Source of the DNA: Salinivirgaceae bacterium
GTDB taxonomy: Bacteria; Bacteroidota; Bacteroidia; Bacteroidales; SZUA-534
DNA: 64,000 nt
Direction of reading: 5' to 3'
Assembly: GCA_024405635.1 (NCBI GenBank)
Contig: JAKSOL010000011.1
Location: 15,906-79,905, forward strand
The notes beneath the pieces are model-generated. The model had not been told where the DNA came from. It searched no databases and saw nothing but the letters and a program-made list of their open reading frames with translations. This document shows, piece by piece, positions 17,551 through 29,000 of this stretch. The position numbers were made by a program, and so were the translations under genes. The first letter of the stretch is position 1; every line of letters starts with the position of its first letter.

Positions 17551-20500
17551 ATGAAACACTTGTTACTTGCCGCCATTCTGCAAGCTTTTGCCTACCTCAC
17601 ATTTGGGCAATGCAACGAAAAAGAATCGATAGCCATTTTTAACCAAGCACAAGAACTTGACGACGAAGAGGCTGCCCCTTTGTTTGAAAAAGCTGCATCG
17701 GGATTCAGAAAATGCCAGCAATTTGACAACTATCTGATTGCCGCATACCACTCGGGCGTGGCATACTTAAACATTAACAACAATGATGCGGCACAAAGCA
17801 TTTTGGAACAAGCCATTGCCGACACATACGGCAAAACCGATTCAACTGCTAGCGTCAATATGCTTATCTATCACACATTAGGCGAAGTTCACTATGGCAA
17901 AAAAGATGCTCACCGTGCCATTTTCTACTACAACAAGGCGCTACAATTGCTAGGCTCTGACGACTCTGAAGAACTTGCAGTGTGCTTATTCAACGCTGGC
18001 AACTCGTACGACATGCTTGCCAACTACGACGAAGCCATTGGCGCTCACCGCAAATCGATTGCAATGAAGGAGCGCCTTGAAATAGCCGATAGTTCCGATT
18101 ATTTGCAATCATTCTCGGCTCTTGGCGACATTTACCAAGCAATGGGCAAAACCGACTCGGCAAACTTCTTCTTCAGTAAGGCTCGCGAGTTTGTTGATGT
18201 AGCTGACTGCGAATCAAAAATTTACATGCAATACAAAGATGCCTTAAACGCCATCAACAACAACGACTACGCATCGGCTGAATACTTGTTTGCCGAGGCC
18301 AAAAGTCTTTGCGAAGTGTCGAACCTTAGAAACAACATTTATGTAAGCTGTTGCATGTATTTGGCTCAGATATACGAGCGCAACGACAACACCAAAAAGG
18401 CCATGGGCGTGCTGCTATCGGCATTGCAAACCAATCCTGATAAAGACGAAACTTACTACAATATCTTGCTGGCATACGGCCGAATGGATGAAGACGTTAA
18501 TGTATCGGCAGCTAAACTGCACGAAATAATAAACAATACCAGTAATAACGAACTGAAATGCTTGGCCCAACTTGAATTGGCAAAGAAACACGAACAAAAA
18601 GGCAATCTGCAATCGGCCTTCGGCATATATAGCCAAGTGGCTGAAAACATAAACAAGGACAACCATCCCGAAATAAGCGCACAAGCTACTTATGGCATCG
18701 GCAACATTTATTTTCAGAAAAACGATTTTGAAAAGGCATTGACAGAATATGCTGTAGCTCAAAAAGTTATAGCAAACAAGGATAAGGAATTATCGGCTGT
18801 AATTAGCGAAGCTCTTGGCAATGTTTATTTCAAAATGGATAGTCTGTCGCTGGCACTTGCTCAATACGAACAAGCTTTCTCATTGCTCAAACAACAGTTG
18901 GGCGCCACCAACTTCAGAACTCTATCGGCTGAAGAAAACATAGCCGCCATAGATGCTTTGAACTTGGACTTTGAAAAAGCTGCCGAAATTTACAATCGAA
19001 GTTTGACTACAAAACAAACTCTGTATGATGCAACCGACGCAAAAATGTTCGACCTATATAACAGTTACGCCAACGTGCTTTGCAGCATGGCAAACTATCA
19101 GGAGGCTGGAACTTTATACCAAAAGGCCCAACGCATATTGGAAACCCAAACTCTTACCGAATCAGCAAAGGACATTTTCTACAACAACCACGGATTGTAC
19201 TGCAAATCGATAGGCGACTACAAGCAGGCATTGACCGACATGTTGAACTCACTCAACATTAAAAGCAAATTGTATGGCGAGAACAGTTTGAAATACGCCA
19301 ACGCACTAAATAACCTCGGCACCATTTACATGCGCTTGGCTAACTACAACAAGGCTGGTGAATGTTTTGAGCAAGCTGAAGTAATCATTGTTGGCGCAAG
19401 TGGTGAACAATCGTTGGCATTAAGCGAGGTTTTTATCAATCAAGGAAACCTTTACAACCGATTAGGACAGAACGAGTTAGCGCTAGACTACTACAACAAA
19501 ACTCTAAACATAAAATCGGACAACGGCAACGATGACGACAAGGATCTTGCTCCCATTTACAACAATATGGGCACTGTGCACCAAAATACTGAAGACTACC
19601 GCTTGGCTCTTTTCTTCTTCAAAAAAGCCCTAAACACTTACACAAAACACAATGGCTACAACTCGCAAGAAACTGCCGAGTCATACAACAATATAGGCAA
19701 CACACTGCTTAAAACTGGGCAAATTGACGAGGCTATTGGCAACTATCGGAAAGCCACCGACATATACGCAAAATTTCCCGACATAAACCCTACACTGTCA
19801 GGCAATGCCTACAACAACATTGCCACTGCATACTTACAATCGGGGAAACTAGATTCGGCGCTGGTTTTCTACAACCAATCGCTTGACATTTACTACAAGG
19901 TTTTTGGTCATCAACATCCATACTTGGCTCTTATACACAATAGCATTGGCGACGTAAACATTCTGTTGGGCAACCATGCCCAAGCTATTGAATGCTACGG
20001 CAAGGCCATTGAGGCTAACCACGAAAACTTTAACCGCCAAACCGACGTTCTGCCTAACAAATCGGGATTCTACGACCAAAACATCTTTGTAAACTCGCTA
20101 CTATCGAGAGCAACGGCTTATACGCAACAATATCTTCAAAATAAAAACTCAGAAGCCCTAACAACCGCACTGAAACATTTTCAGCTTTGCGACGAACTGA
20201 TAGTAAGTATGCGCCGCTCGGCCATAACCAAAACCGACAAGATGAATCTTGGCGCTATTGCCGCTAAGTGCTATGAAGGCGCTCTTGAAATATGCACCGA
20301 AATGCTAAATGGCAACCTATCAGGAGAACAACGTAAACTATATGAGCAACAAGCTTTTACCTACATTGAAAAGAGTAAATCGAACTCGTTGCTTGAATCG
20401 ATGGCCGGACAAGATGCAATGCAACTTGCCAACATTCCTACCGAACTACAGAAAAAAGAAAGCCAACTATCGGCTAACGTTCTGTACTTTGAAAAGTTGT

Positions 20501-21795
20501 TGGCCGAAAAACCTAGAAATTCTGCTCAAATTCGCGATAGCCTATTCAGTGCCAACCGCGCCTACGACTCATTCATAAAACAATTGGAACAAAAATTCCC
20601 TGAATATCATCAGCTGAAATACGCCAGCAACATAGTTGACTTGCGCCAATTGCAAAGCAAACTAACCGACGGCACTATGGTGCGCATGTATTTGATTGGT
20701 AAAGACATGATATATGCCGCTTGCATTTCGGGCAACCAGTTCAATGTTTCTTCGGCACCTAACTATAAAAATCTGACCGACACGGTAAAGGTTTACAGAA
20801 ACGCAATGATTCAATCGTCGCAAAAGGCAGTAACTGACTACGGCCGCTTGGCTCGCATGCTGTACAAGACATTGTTTCCCGACACCATTGCCAACATTAG
20901 CAACCTAGTAATAATACCCGATGGCGCACTAAACCAAATTCCGTTTGAGAGTTTGGTTTCAGAAGACATTAACTGTTCAGTTTATGACTATACCAACTAC
21001 TCATTCTTGATAAAAAGTTTCGCCATAAGTTACGCTTACTCGGCAACCTTGTACTACCGCGACATTACTCGCCCACAAGACAATGGCGCATCGGGCTGGC
21101 TTGGCATGGCGCCTGTGTTTACCAAAGGCAAATACTCAGGAGTGGAATTGAATAGCAAATGGAAAAAGAAGGAGCTGAACCACACCGACTTGATTGTAGT
21201 TGAAAACAGCAAGCTTGCGCCTTTGGTTTCGTCGGAACCAGAAATCAGAAACATATTCGCAATGTTTACCAAAGCGGGCATACCAGCAAAGGCCTACCTT
21301 TGGGGAAGTGCCAACCGACAAAACTTTAGCAACGACTCCATTGCCCAAACAAAATACATTCATTTGGCAACACACGGATTTGTCAACTCCGAACGACCAG
21401 AACTGTCGGGTGTGCAATTGAGCCCACTGCAAGGCGACGACCAAAAAGGCATGCTCTACTCAAACGAGGTTTACGGTATGAAACTAAAATGTGACTTGCT
21501 GATTCTTTCGGCTTGCGAAACTGGACTAGGAAAAATTATGAAAGGCGAGGGAATTGTAGGATTGTCGCGAGCATTCCTCTACGCAGGCGCATCAAACTTG
21601 ATAGTATCGCTTTGGAAAGTTTCTGACAACTCAACATCGCAAATGATGGTGGAGTTTTACAAGCAAATGTTGGCTCCTGAAAATGCAAACCTCAACTACG
21701 CTGAACTTTTGCAAAAAGCTAAACATTCGCTCATAAACGACAAATCGTATTCACGCCCTTATTATTGGGCACCATTTATTGTAATAGGTGATTAA
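17551..21795 (+). CDS. Exported TPR-CHAT caspase-like protease (clan CD)
   Basis: Signal peptide MKHLLLAAILQAFAYLTFG-Q; ~900 aa of TPRs (e.g. ANALNNLGTIY, AESYNNIGNTL); IIPDGALNQIPFESL, IHLATHG (His codon 21373), LSACETG (Cys codon 21514), SLWKVSD, PYYWAPF. Confidence 0.93.
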   Translation: MKHLLLAAILQAFAYLTFGQCNEKESIAIFNQAQELDDEEAAPLFEKAASGFRKCQQFDNYLIAAYHSGVAYLNINNNDAAQSILEQAIADTYGKTDSTASVNMLIYHTLGEVHYGKKDAHRAIFYYNKALQLLGSDDSEELAVCLFNAGNSYDMLANYDEAIGAHRKSIAMKERLEIADSSDYLQSFSALGDIYQAMGKTDSANFFFSKAREFVDVADCESKIYMQYKDALNAINNNDYASAEYLFAEAKSLCEVSNLRNNIYVSCCMYLAQIYERNDNTKKAMGVLLSALQTNPDKDETYYNILLAYGRMDEDVNVSAAKLHEIINNTSNNELKCLAQLELAKKHEQKGNLQSAFGIYSQVAENINKDNHPEISAQATYGIGNIYFQKNDFEKALTEYAVAQKVIANKDKELSAVISEALGNVYFKMDSLSLALAQYEQAFSLLKQQLGATNFRTLSAEENIAAIDALNLDFEKAAEIYNRSLTTKQTLYDATDAKMFDLYNSYANVLCSMANYQEAGTLYQKAQRILETQTLTESAKDIFYNNHGLYCKSIGDYKQALTDMLNSLNIKSKLYGENSLKYANALNNLGTIYMRLANYNKAGECFEQAEVIIVGASGEQSLALSEVFINQGNLYNRLGQNELALDYYNKTLNIKSDNGNDDDKDLAPIYNNMGTVHQNTEDYRLALFFFKKALNTYTKHNGYNSQETAESYNNIGNTLLKTGQIDEAIGNYRKATDIYAKFPDINPTLSGNAYNNIATAYLQSGKLDSALVFYNQSLDIYYKVFGHQHPYLALIHNSIGDVNILLGNHAQAIECYGKAIEANHENFNRQTDVLPNKSGFYDQNIFVNSLLSRATAYTQQYLQNKNSEALTTALKHFQLCDELIVSMRRSAITKTDKMNLGAIAAKCYEGALEICTEMLNGNLSGEQRKLYEQQAFTYIEKSKSNSLLESMAGQDAMQLANIPTELQKKESQLSANVLYFEKLLAEKPRNSAQIRDSLFSANRAYDSFIKQLEQKFPEYHQLKYASNIVDLRQLQSKLTDGTMVRMYLIGKDMIYAACISGNQFNVSSAPNYKNLTDTVKVYRNAMIQSSQKAVTDYGRLARMLYKTLFPDTIANISNLVIIPDGALNQIPFESLVSEDINCSVYDYTNYSFLIKSFAISYAYSATLYYRDITRPQDNGASGWLGMAPVFTKGKYSGVELNSKWKKKELNHTDLIVVENSKLAPLVSSEPEIRNIFAMFTKAGIPAKAYLWGSANRQNFSNDSIAQTKYIHLATHGFVNSERPELSGVQLSPLQGDDQKGMLYSNEVYGMKLKCDLLILSACETGLGKIMKGEGIVGLSRAFLYAGASNLIVSLWKVSDNSTSQMMVEFYKQMLAPENANLNYAELLQKAKHSLINDKSYSRPYYWAPFIVIGD

Positions 21796-21805
21796 TCAAT
21801 CAGAT

Positions 21806-23857
21806 ATGGCATCTTCATTCCACAAATTCATACTTTGCATTTCAGCATTATTGCTTGCATCAACCACTAGCGTAGCTCAAATCGACCTATTTCCAAACTT
21901 CAACGGAACAGTATCGAGCCCAGCACTATCGCACGATGGCTCAAAATTAATTTTCATCGGCATAAATGAAACTTCTACTGCCGTATATGAATCGCGCAAC
22001 AACAACGGCAACTGGAGCGAACCAACCATAATCCCCATTTTTTCTGAAGAACTACAAAATGCCAACGTTGGAGGTTTCTCGTTCAATCACGATGCATCAC
22101 AATTGCTTTTCCACGCAAAGGTTGATTCCACATTCGACATTTACTATTTGACATTCAACAACAATAAATGGCAAAACTTGACAAAGATTGGCCAACCTAT
22201 CAGCTCCAACGAGGACGATTTTTCTCCAACTCTTTCGGTTGACAACAACTATATGTTTCTGCTTCGTCCAAAAACAAAAACCAAAAGCAAAAAATCTGAC
22301 GACGTTTGCAAGGAATTGGTTCTATACTATAGAAACAACGACAACGAATGGGTTGGACCAAACATGTTGCCAAAGTCGTTTAACGAAGGTTGCCAAGAAT
22401 CGCCATTTCTATGTGCCGATGGTAAAACACTATTCTTTTCGTCGATGAGACCAGACACCACACCCAATGGCGCAAAAACTCCCGACGACGTGTATAACAT
22501 ATATTACACTCAACTCATATCGGGAACAATGCTTGAAAACAACTGGTACCTTCCACAATACCAAGGTTGGGCTAGCTCCGATTTTAACGACCTTTCGCCT
22601 CGCGTAAACCAAGACGGTTCAATATTCTTGAAAAGCAACTACTCAAAAAAAACTTCAAAAAAGCATCCCAACAAGACCTACCAATACGAAATTAACCCTA
22701 ACGTAAAGCCATTGCCCACTATGACTTTGCACGGAACAATAAAAGATTCGGACACTGGGCTACCCATGAAAGCACAAATAACCTTGACCGATGCCATTTC
22801 TTCTGCTTCGTTGGCAAGCTACTCAACCGACCCAAATGGGCAATATGTTGTTTACCTAAACGAAAACATGAACTACAAAATTGATTTTTCAGGTGAAGGC
22901 TACTCACACTCATACCTAAACATTTCAACCGACTTTTTTACAGAAGATATTGACAAACAGTTCGATACAACACTATTTTCGACCTTTAGCTATAATCTGA
23001 ATGTTTACGATGACGAACTTTATATTCCACTGAAAGCAAGCATCTCAATACGCGACTCTGCCAGCAACGAGTTGATTATTGATAGCATGAATATGATTGG
23101 GAATGGACAATACTCAACCAAACTCAACATTGGTCGAACCTATAAATTCCATGTAGAATGTGAGCATTTTACTCCACACGATTTTTACCTCAACGCCATT
23201 GCTGACTTGTTTTACAACGAGTTTGAAGAAGATATTGAACTTAGTCCTACCAAAACTATTATGATTCTTGACGTTGACGCAGGCGAAAGCAACGACTCTG
23301 TTATTGTTAACGTTAAAAACTTGAGCCGAAACGAAACTAAATCGGTTATTGCAAAACGCGACAAAGACGGCAACCTTATAGTGGAACTACGCGAAGGCGA
23401 CAGTTACGAAATAGACGTGGCTAAAAAAGGTTATACATTCAATAGCACCAAAGTGAATGCAACCAAATCGAAAAAAGCACAAAAGCTGAACATAAAACTT
23501 GACTTGCTGACAAAAGACACCAAAATGACTTTCAACAACATTGCCTTTGAAACCAATTCGGCAGAAATAACTGCAGGCTCATTCACTGAACTGAACCGGC
23601 TTATTGAATTCTTAAACCTAAACAACGATATTAAAATAGAACTATCGGCCCATACCGACGATGTGGGCTCCGATTTCTATAACATGCGACTATCGGACAA
23701 ACGCGCTAAATCGGTTGCAACATACCTAATAAATAACGGCATTTCCGAGTCACAACTTATTTCAAAAGGCTATGGCGAATCGCAACCATTAGTGCCAAAC
23801 TCATCGGACGAAAATAGAGCACTAAACCGCCGCGTTGAAGTAAAAATTATTGAATAA
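21806..23857 (+). CDS. PD40 beta-propeller + carboxypeptidase-regulatory-like + OmpA-family protein (PorE-like, lacking N-terminal TPR)
   Basis: Signal peptide; PD40 repeats (SPALSHDG, SPFLCADGKTLFFSS); GTIKDSDTGLPM; OmpA C-terminus AHTDDVG...LSDKRA...GYGESQP...NRRVE. Confidence 0.88.
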   Translation: MASSFHKFILCISALLLASTTSVAQIDLFPNFNGTVSSPALSHDGSKLIFIGINETSTAVYESRNNNGNWSEPTIIPIFSEELQNANVGGFSFNHDASQLLFHAKVDSTFDIYYLTFNNNKWQNLTKIGQPISSNEDDFSPTLSVDNNYMFLLRPKTKTKSKKSDDVCKELVLYYRNNDNEWVGPNMLPKSFNEGCQESPFLCADGKTLFFSSMRPDTTPNGAKTPDDVYNIYYTQLISGTMLENNWYLPQYQGWASSDFNDLSPRVNQDGSIFLKSNYSKKTSKKHPNKTYQYEINPNVKPLPTMTLHGTIKDSDTGLPMKAQITLTDAISSASLASYSTDPNGQYVVYLNENMNYKIDFSGEGYSHSYLNISTDFFTEDIDKQFDTTLFSTFSYNLNVYDDELYIPLKASISIRDSASNELIIDSMNMIGNGQYSTKLNIGRTYKFHVECEHFTPHDFYLNAIADLFYNEFEEDIELSPTKTIMILDVDAGESNDSVIVNVKNLSRNETKSVIAKRDKDGNLIVELREGDSYEIDVAKKGYTFNSTKVNATKSKKAQKLNIKLDLLTKDTKMTFNNIAFETNSAEITAGSFTELNRLIEFLNLNNDIKIELSAHTDDVGSDFYNMRLSDKRAKSVATYLINNGISESQLISKGYGESQPLVPNSSDENRALNRRVEVKIIE

Positions 23858-23874
23858 CCTTAGGAATTAATCGT

Positions 23875-26058
23875 ATGAAAAAATATATTCTACTGATTAT
23901 TACAGCTTTAATCTTCACCACTAGTTTCGCTCAAAGGTATAAAGTCATTTACGAAAACATTAAGTCGATGGACGAGAACGAAGCGTATCTTACGCTCGAA
24001 GCTTTTTCACGTTCCATATCAAACAGCCATTCGGCTTCGCTTTACAAACTGTCAACTATCATCGAGCACCGCATTTCATCATACGACCCGTTTTTGCAGG
24101 AAATGACCATTTACCAAAACTTAAAGAACTTAAACCTTTATTTGAATTTGGCCCTACTCAATTTGAACGAGAAAGTGGCTCGCCAAGATGGTGAATACTT
24201 TGACGGTATAGCTGCTGAAAACCCCAAAAAAGGTCCTACATACGAAGAGATTAACACCGCTTTGCAAACTAAACTTGAAAACCTAAAACTATACAATAAG
24301 TACTTTGAGCAAAACAGAAACTTCTTGCTGCAAGCCGCCACCAAATACAATACTTGCATTGAATTGTTTGGCGAGATAAACAAACGCAACAGCAAACTAA
24401 AGGACCTTTACTTTTTGGTTGACGAAAGTTTGCGCCAACAACTAAACGACCTACAAACCAACTTCGATTCAACATTATTCTATTTGGCAGAATTGCAAAA
24501 GTCGGTAACAGAATATCCTATGTTGAACTATAAGTTCAAGTATAAACTGAATCCCATAAACATATACCGCATGCATGGCCTTACTCAAGCCAACTTTTTA
24601 GCAGCAGAAATTCAGTTGTGGGATTTTCGCCAATGGATAAACTCATTCTACAAAACCATTGACGACGAGGTTGCCTACTTGCACAACAACGTAAAGGACC
24701 TTGACAACCAGCACGAAAACTACATCAACATGCTGGCCGATAACAACATAAACGATGTGCCAAGCAACTACAAGGTTCCACAATACTTGCTTAACAAGAT
24801 TTATAAGTACGACTTTATATCGTTGGCTGGCTCGTTGATGGTTTGCCAACAAGCCCAAATTGACTACTTACAACAACTTACATCGTTTCAAAAAGACACT
24901 AGTTTTTTTGCCCTTAATAGGAATACTCCTACCAACAATTTCTTTTCACTATCCATCAGCAAAAAACACGTTTCAGACTCGTTGCTTACCGATTTTGAAA
25001 AGAACATATCGGAAGAAGGCATGAAAAAATACAGCAACGTGTTTATTGATAAGTACAACGGTGCCGATGGGTTGAAACAATATGTAAACGAGCACGCTGA
25101 CCTTAACAAGTCGCTGTTCGACAGCAAGATAAACGCAATTGCGCAAATGATGCTCGACTATAACATTAAGGACTCAGCCAATAACCATTTCCTTATTTAC
25201 AACTCCGACACCATTTTTGCGCAGATTGTTCCTCAAACTGAAATAAAAGCTCCCGGATATTACATACATAACAAATCTGTCACCACTAGCAAACAGACCT
25301 TAATATCAGGCACTTACGTTTCGCCCAAAAAAGAAATGTTGGGTTTTGTTGCAAGCATCGACACTGCCAAAAACATTCAATGGCTAAAACAATTCAAGCA
25401 AGGCGCTGCTCTTAGATCGTGCTTGCACGTTATGCCTATAAATGCCGAAATTGCTACCATTGTAACCTCTACCACAAAAACTGGCGATATAACCAACTTT
25501 ATGCTGCTGCTTGATGGCAATACTGGCGATGTAAAACAATCGATGAAGCTTAATGTTAAGGAGATGCCTCGCAAATTGCTAGTTGACGACATCGACAACA
25601 AATTCATAATTGTATTTGGTGGCAAAAGTCAGCAACTATTTACAATGGAGCCTAACAATATGCACGTTTGTTGCCTCGATTCAAAACTCAATACCGCATG
25701 GGAATCTAACATTCCGTTTACTGGTTATATTTGTAATGTAGTGAAAACCAATGATATATATTACATAACAGGTGGATTCTCAAAAATCAAAGGCTTTGAT
25801 AACGAGGAAACTGACCTTGAAAATGGTTGCGGTTTTTTTGAATACTCAATTGATGGCGATGGCAATTGGGCAAACGACCACTACTACGACTCCGAAACAG
25901 CTTCATATCCATTGTGGGTTTCGAAAGTGGACAATATGAAACTAGAAGTAGTGTCGCTACTGAACAATGCACCACAATCTGCATCAGACTCAACAACAAT
26001 AGAAGCGGCCTACATTCAGTATTCATTTGACGGCTACGAACTTTTCCGTAGCAAGTAG
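23875..26058 (+). CDS. Exported hypothetical protein (helical N-terminal part, C-terminal beta-propeller-like)
   Basis: 727-aa ORF, signal peptide ending SFA-Q, 17 nt after the OmpA gene; blade-like strands (IDTAKNIQWLKQF, LDSKLNTAWES). Confidence 0.75.
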   Translation: MKKYILLIITALIFTTSFAQRYKVIYENIKSMDENEAYLTLEAFSRSISNSHSASLYKLSTIIEHRISSYDPFLQEMTIYQNLKNLNLYLNLALLNLNEKVARQDGEYFDGIAAENPKKGPTYEEINTALQTKLENLKLYNKYFEQNRNFLLQAATKYNTCIELFGEINKRNSKLKDLYFLVDESLRQQLNDLQTNFDSTLFYLAELQKSVTEYPMLNYKFKYKLNPINIYRMHGLTQANFLAAEIQLWDFRQWINSFYKTIDDEVAYLHNNVKDLDNQHENYINMLADNNINDVPSNYKVPQYLLNKIYKYDFISLAGSLMVCQQAQIDYLQQLTSFQKDTSFFALNRNTPTNNFFSLSISKKHVSDSLLTDFEKNISEEGMKKYSNVFIDKYNGADGLKQYVNEHADLNKSLFDSKINAIAQMMLDYNIKDSANNHFLIYNSDTIFAQIVPQTEIKAPGYYIHNKSVTTSKQTLISGTYVSPKKEMLGFVASIDTAKNIQWLKQFKQGAALRSCLHVMPINAEIATIVTSTTKTGDITNFMLLLDGNTGDVKQSMKLNVKEMPRKLLVDDIDNKFIIVFGGKSQQLFTMEPNNMHVCCLDSKLNTAWESNIPFTGYICNVVKTNDIYYITGGFSKIKGFDNEETDLENGCGFFEYSIDGDGNWANDHYYDSETASYPLWVSKVDNMKLEVVSLLNNAPQSASDSTTIEAAYIQYSFDGYELFRSK

Positions 26059-26068
26059 CAAATGCCTA

Positions 26069-29000
26069 TTATATTCTTAGACCGATAACTAGGATATCGT
26101 CAACCTGTTCGTAGTCTGCCTTGAATTCTATGTGTATATTGTCCAAAATTTGGCGTTGACGCTCCATTGGCAAATTCCATATCTGCAACAGACTTTGCCT
26201 AAATCGGTTCTTCTTGAATTTCTCAGTACCGTTTTGTCCACCAAATTGGTCGCAGTAGCCATCGGAAAAGAAATAAAGGCAATCACCCTCTTGAACACTG
26301 ATGGTGTTGTTTGCAAAATGTTTTTGGTTTTGCACAATATCGCCAAACGCGCACGGCATTTTATCTACCTTATATTCAATAAGTTCTCCGTTTCTTATTA
26401 AAAATAACGGGTTGTGGGCTCCTGCAAACTGCACTTCCATTTTCTCCCTATCGATGGCCAACAAACATAAGTCCATACCATCTTTAGCTGCATTATCTCC
26501 TTTGTCGGAAAAAGAGCGTATAATGCTTTCCCTCAGCTCGTCGAGTATGATGCCAGGTTCGTCGTTGTGCTCCACTTTTACAATCGAATTCAGCGAGTTC
26601 ATGCCAAGCATGCTCATCATGGCTCCTGGAACACCGTGACCTGTGCAGTCAGCGGCCGTAATTATTAGCTTTTTACCAAGCTCAGCGCACCAATAAAAAT
26701 CGCCACTCACTATGTCGCGAGGCTTAAACAAGATGAACGAATCGCTTACATAGTTTTTCATACACTCGGTGTTTGGCAACGATAGGCGTTGAATACGGGC
26801 CGCATAGTTGATGCTATCGGTTAACTCCATGTTCTGTTCCTTAATGGTGTCAAGTTGCTCGCTTATCTGCTTTGTTTGACGCTTTACTTCCATGTCAAGC
26901 AATCGGTTTCGTGCCTTCAACTGATAGGTGTAGTATTTTACACCTCCGTAAATCATCAGCATAACGAGTAGCAAATAAATAACGTAGGCTACAATTGTAC
27001 GATACCATGGTGGTCGTATGGTGAACGAATATTCGGCAATGCTACTTTCGATGCCAAACACGTTGCGCGCCCTTACTTGAAATATGTACTTTCCTTCGCG
27101 CAAATTATTGAACGACACGCTGTTTGACCCTAACCAGTTGGACCAGTTAGTCATCAATCCTGATAAGTAATATGAATATTCGAGTGCGCCTGGGCAACGG
27201 AACCATGGTGCCGAAAAGTTAAACGAGAGCGAATTATACTTATAGCTTATCTTCTTGTTTGGCGTTCTAATAAAGACATTTGGCGCATCGGTTATTATTT
27301 CCCTGTTCACTACGTAGTACGACACATAGTCAATAGGCGAATAGTTATCGCACATTACCAAACCGCCTACCGTTCCTAACCATATATACCTATTGTTTGT
27401 AGCATAAATGGCATTAATCTTACCAACGTCAAGGCCGCGGAATTTCTTGTCGTTCAACGTACTGTCGCCTTTGCTGTAATAAGCAATGTTGGTGCCTTGC
27501 GAAATCCACGCAGTGTTGTCGTCGCTCTTTACCATAAATAGGTTGCCCATCATGTTTAGCTCGTCGGCAGGCGTAAAATAAAACAATTCGTAAGTATGAA
27601 GCGTGTCGTCGATAGATGTTGTCACACGCTCGTTGCCTGTTTTGCAAATGATGCCATTGTTTAGAAACATCACTTGCCCATATAGTTTTATTGGTTTTGA
27701 AGGACCAGGTTTTAATCCATTGGTCTCGCCATAATACTCAACCGAGGCATCAAAACCATCGTAGTTTACTTGTGCTATGCCCTGTGTGCTAGAACCGAGC
27801 CAAATGGTGTATATTCCAATGCTATCAACCTGATTTTCGATATCAGTTACACTGAATCCCTCTGCCTCTCCAATAATTGGAATCCACTTATTGTCAATAT
27901 TTTCGCAAATAATGAGACCTTGACTACCTCCAGCAAACAGACACATACCATCGGCACTTACCGATATGCAATGAACATCGGCGCTCGATAGTTTTTCAAA
28001 CTTGCCGTAAGCCGACATTACAAACAAACCATCGGCAGTGCCAACAAAAAGCGATTCGGAAGTTCTTGCCAAGCACCAAACCGTATTTTTTAGGTTGCCC
28101 ACCTCTTCAAAAAGCGCTTCAGTGTAGTTTCTCAAATTGCGCTTTTGAACCAACAGTCCGTTTGACGTACCTACAAATAACTGCCCTTTATAGTCAATCA
28201 CCGCATTTACGCTACCATTTATTCCACTTTCTGACGAAAATACAGATATAACATCGTTAGTAGGCAATAGCGTAATGCCCTTGTTAGTTGTTATCCAAAT
28301 GTTTTGCTCGCGGTCGCAGAAAATGTTGTTTATGCAATTGTCTATCAATCCGTTGTTAATGTTCTTATGCGAAACAATTGTTCCGTCGGTATTGACAATC
28401 ATAACGCCATTGTCGTACGAACCAAGAGCCAACGTAGTATCGTTAATTAAAATGCAACTAGTTACCTTAAAATCTTCGTTCTTAATAGTCTTATCAAGTT
28501 TCGACGTGTTAGGTGTTATCTTATTGTCGTGCAATATCCAAGACCCGTCTTCGTAGCTGACTATCAATATGCTATCGCCATCTATTGACAACATTCCAAA
28601 TATTCCCACGTTGGCAAACACATCGCCATTTGGCACTACCGAAACGGTATCGGCATTCAACACAGCAAGCCCCACTTCACGCTGACGAACGTAAAGTTTA
28701 TTGTTGACACAAAACGAATTATGAAAAGTTGTGCTCGGTTCTATAATGGTGATTTTTTCGCCGTCATAAGCAAAAATGTAATTGTAGCTCTGAAAATAAA
28801 CCCTACCATCAATACGGTAAATTTTCCATATTTCGGAGAATGGCGAAATGTAGTTTCTTATTGAATCAGACAGCGAATAATAATCGAACGACTCGCCATT
28901 TTCGTGCAACAAAAGCATTCCAAACTCATTTGAACCGCCTACAAAAATGGTGTCGCAAGTCGGGTTTGTCAAAATGGACTTAACCCATACTCCAGGCTTT

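Noticed and set aside
17551-21795. TPR-CHAT as part of a CRISPR type III-E (Craspase) locus
   Set aside because: No cas genes, Csx30/31-like genes or repeat-spacer array in the window, and the protein has a signal peptide.
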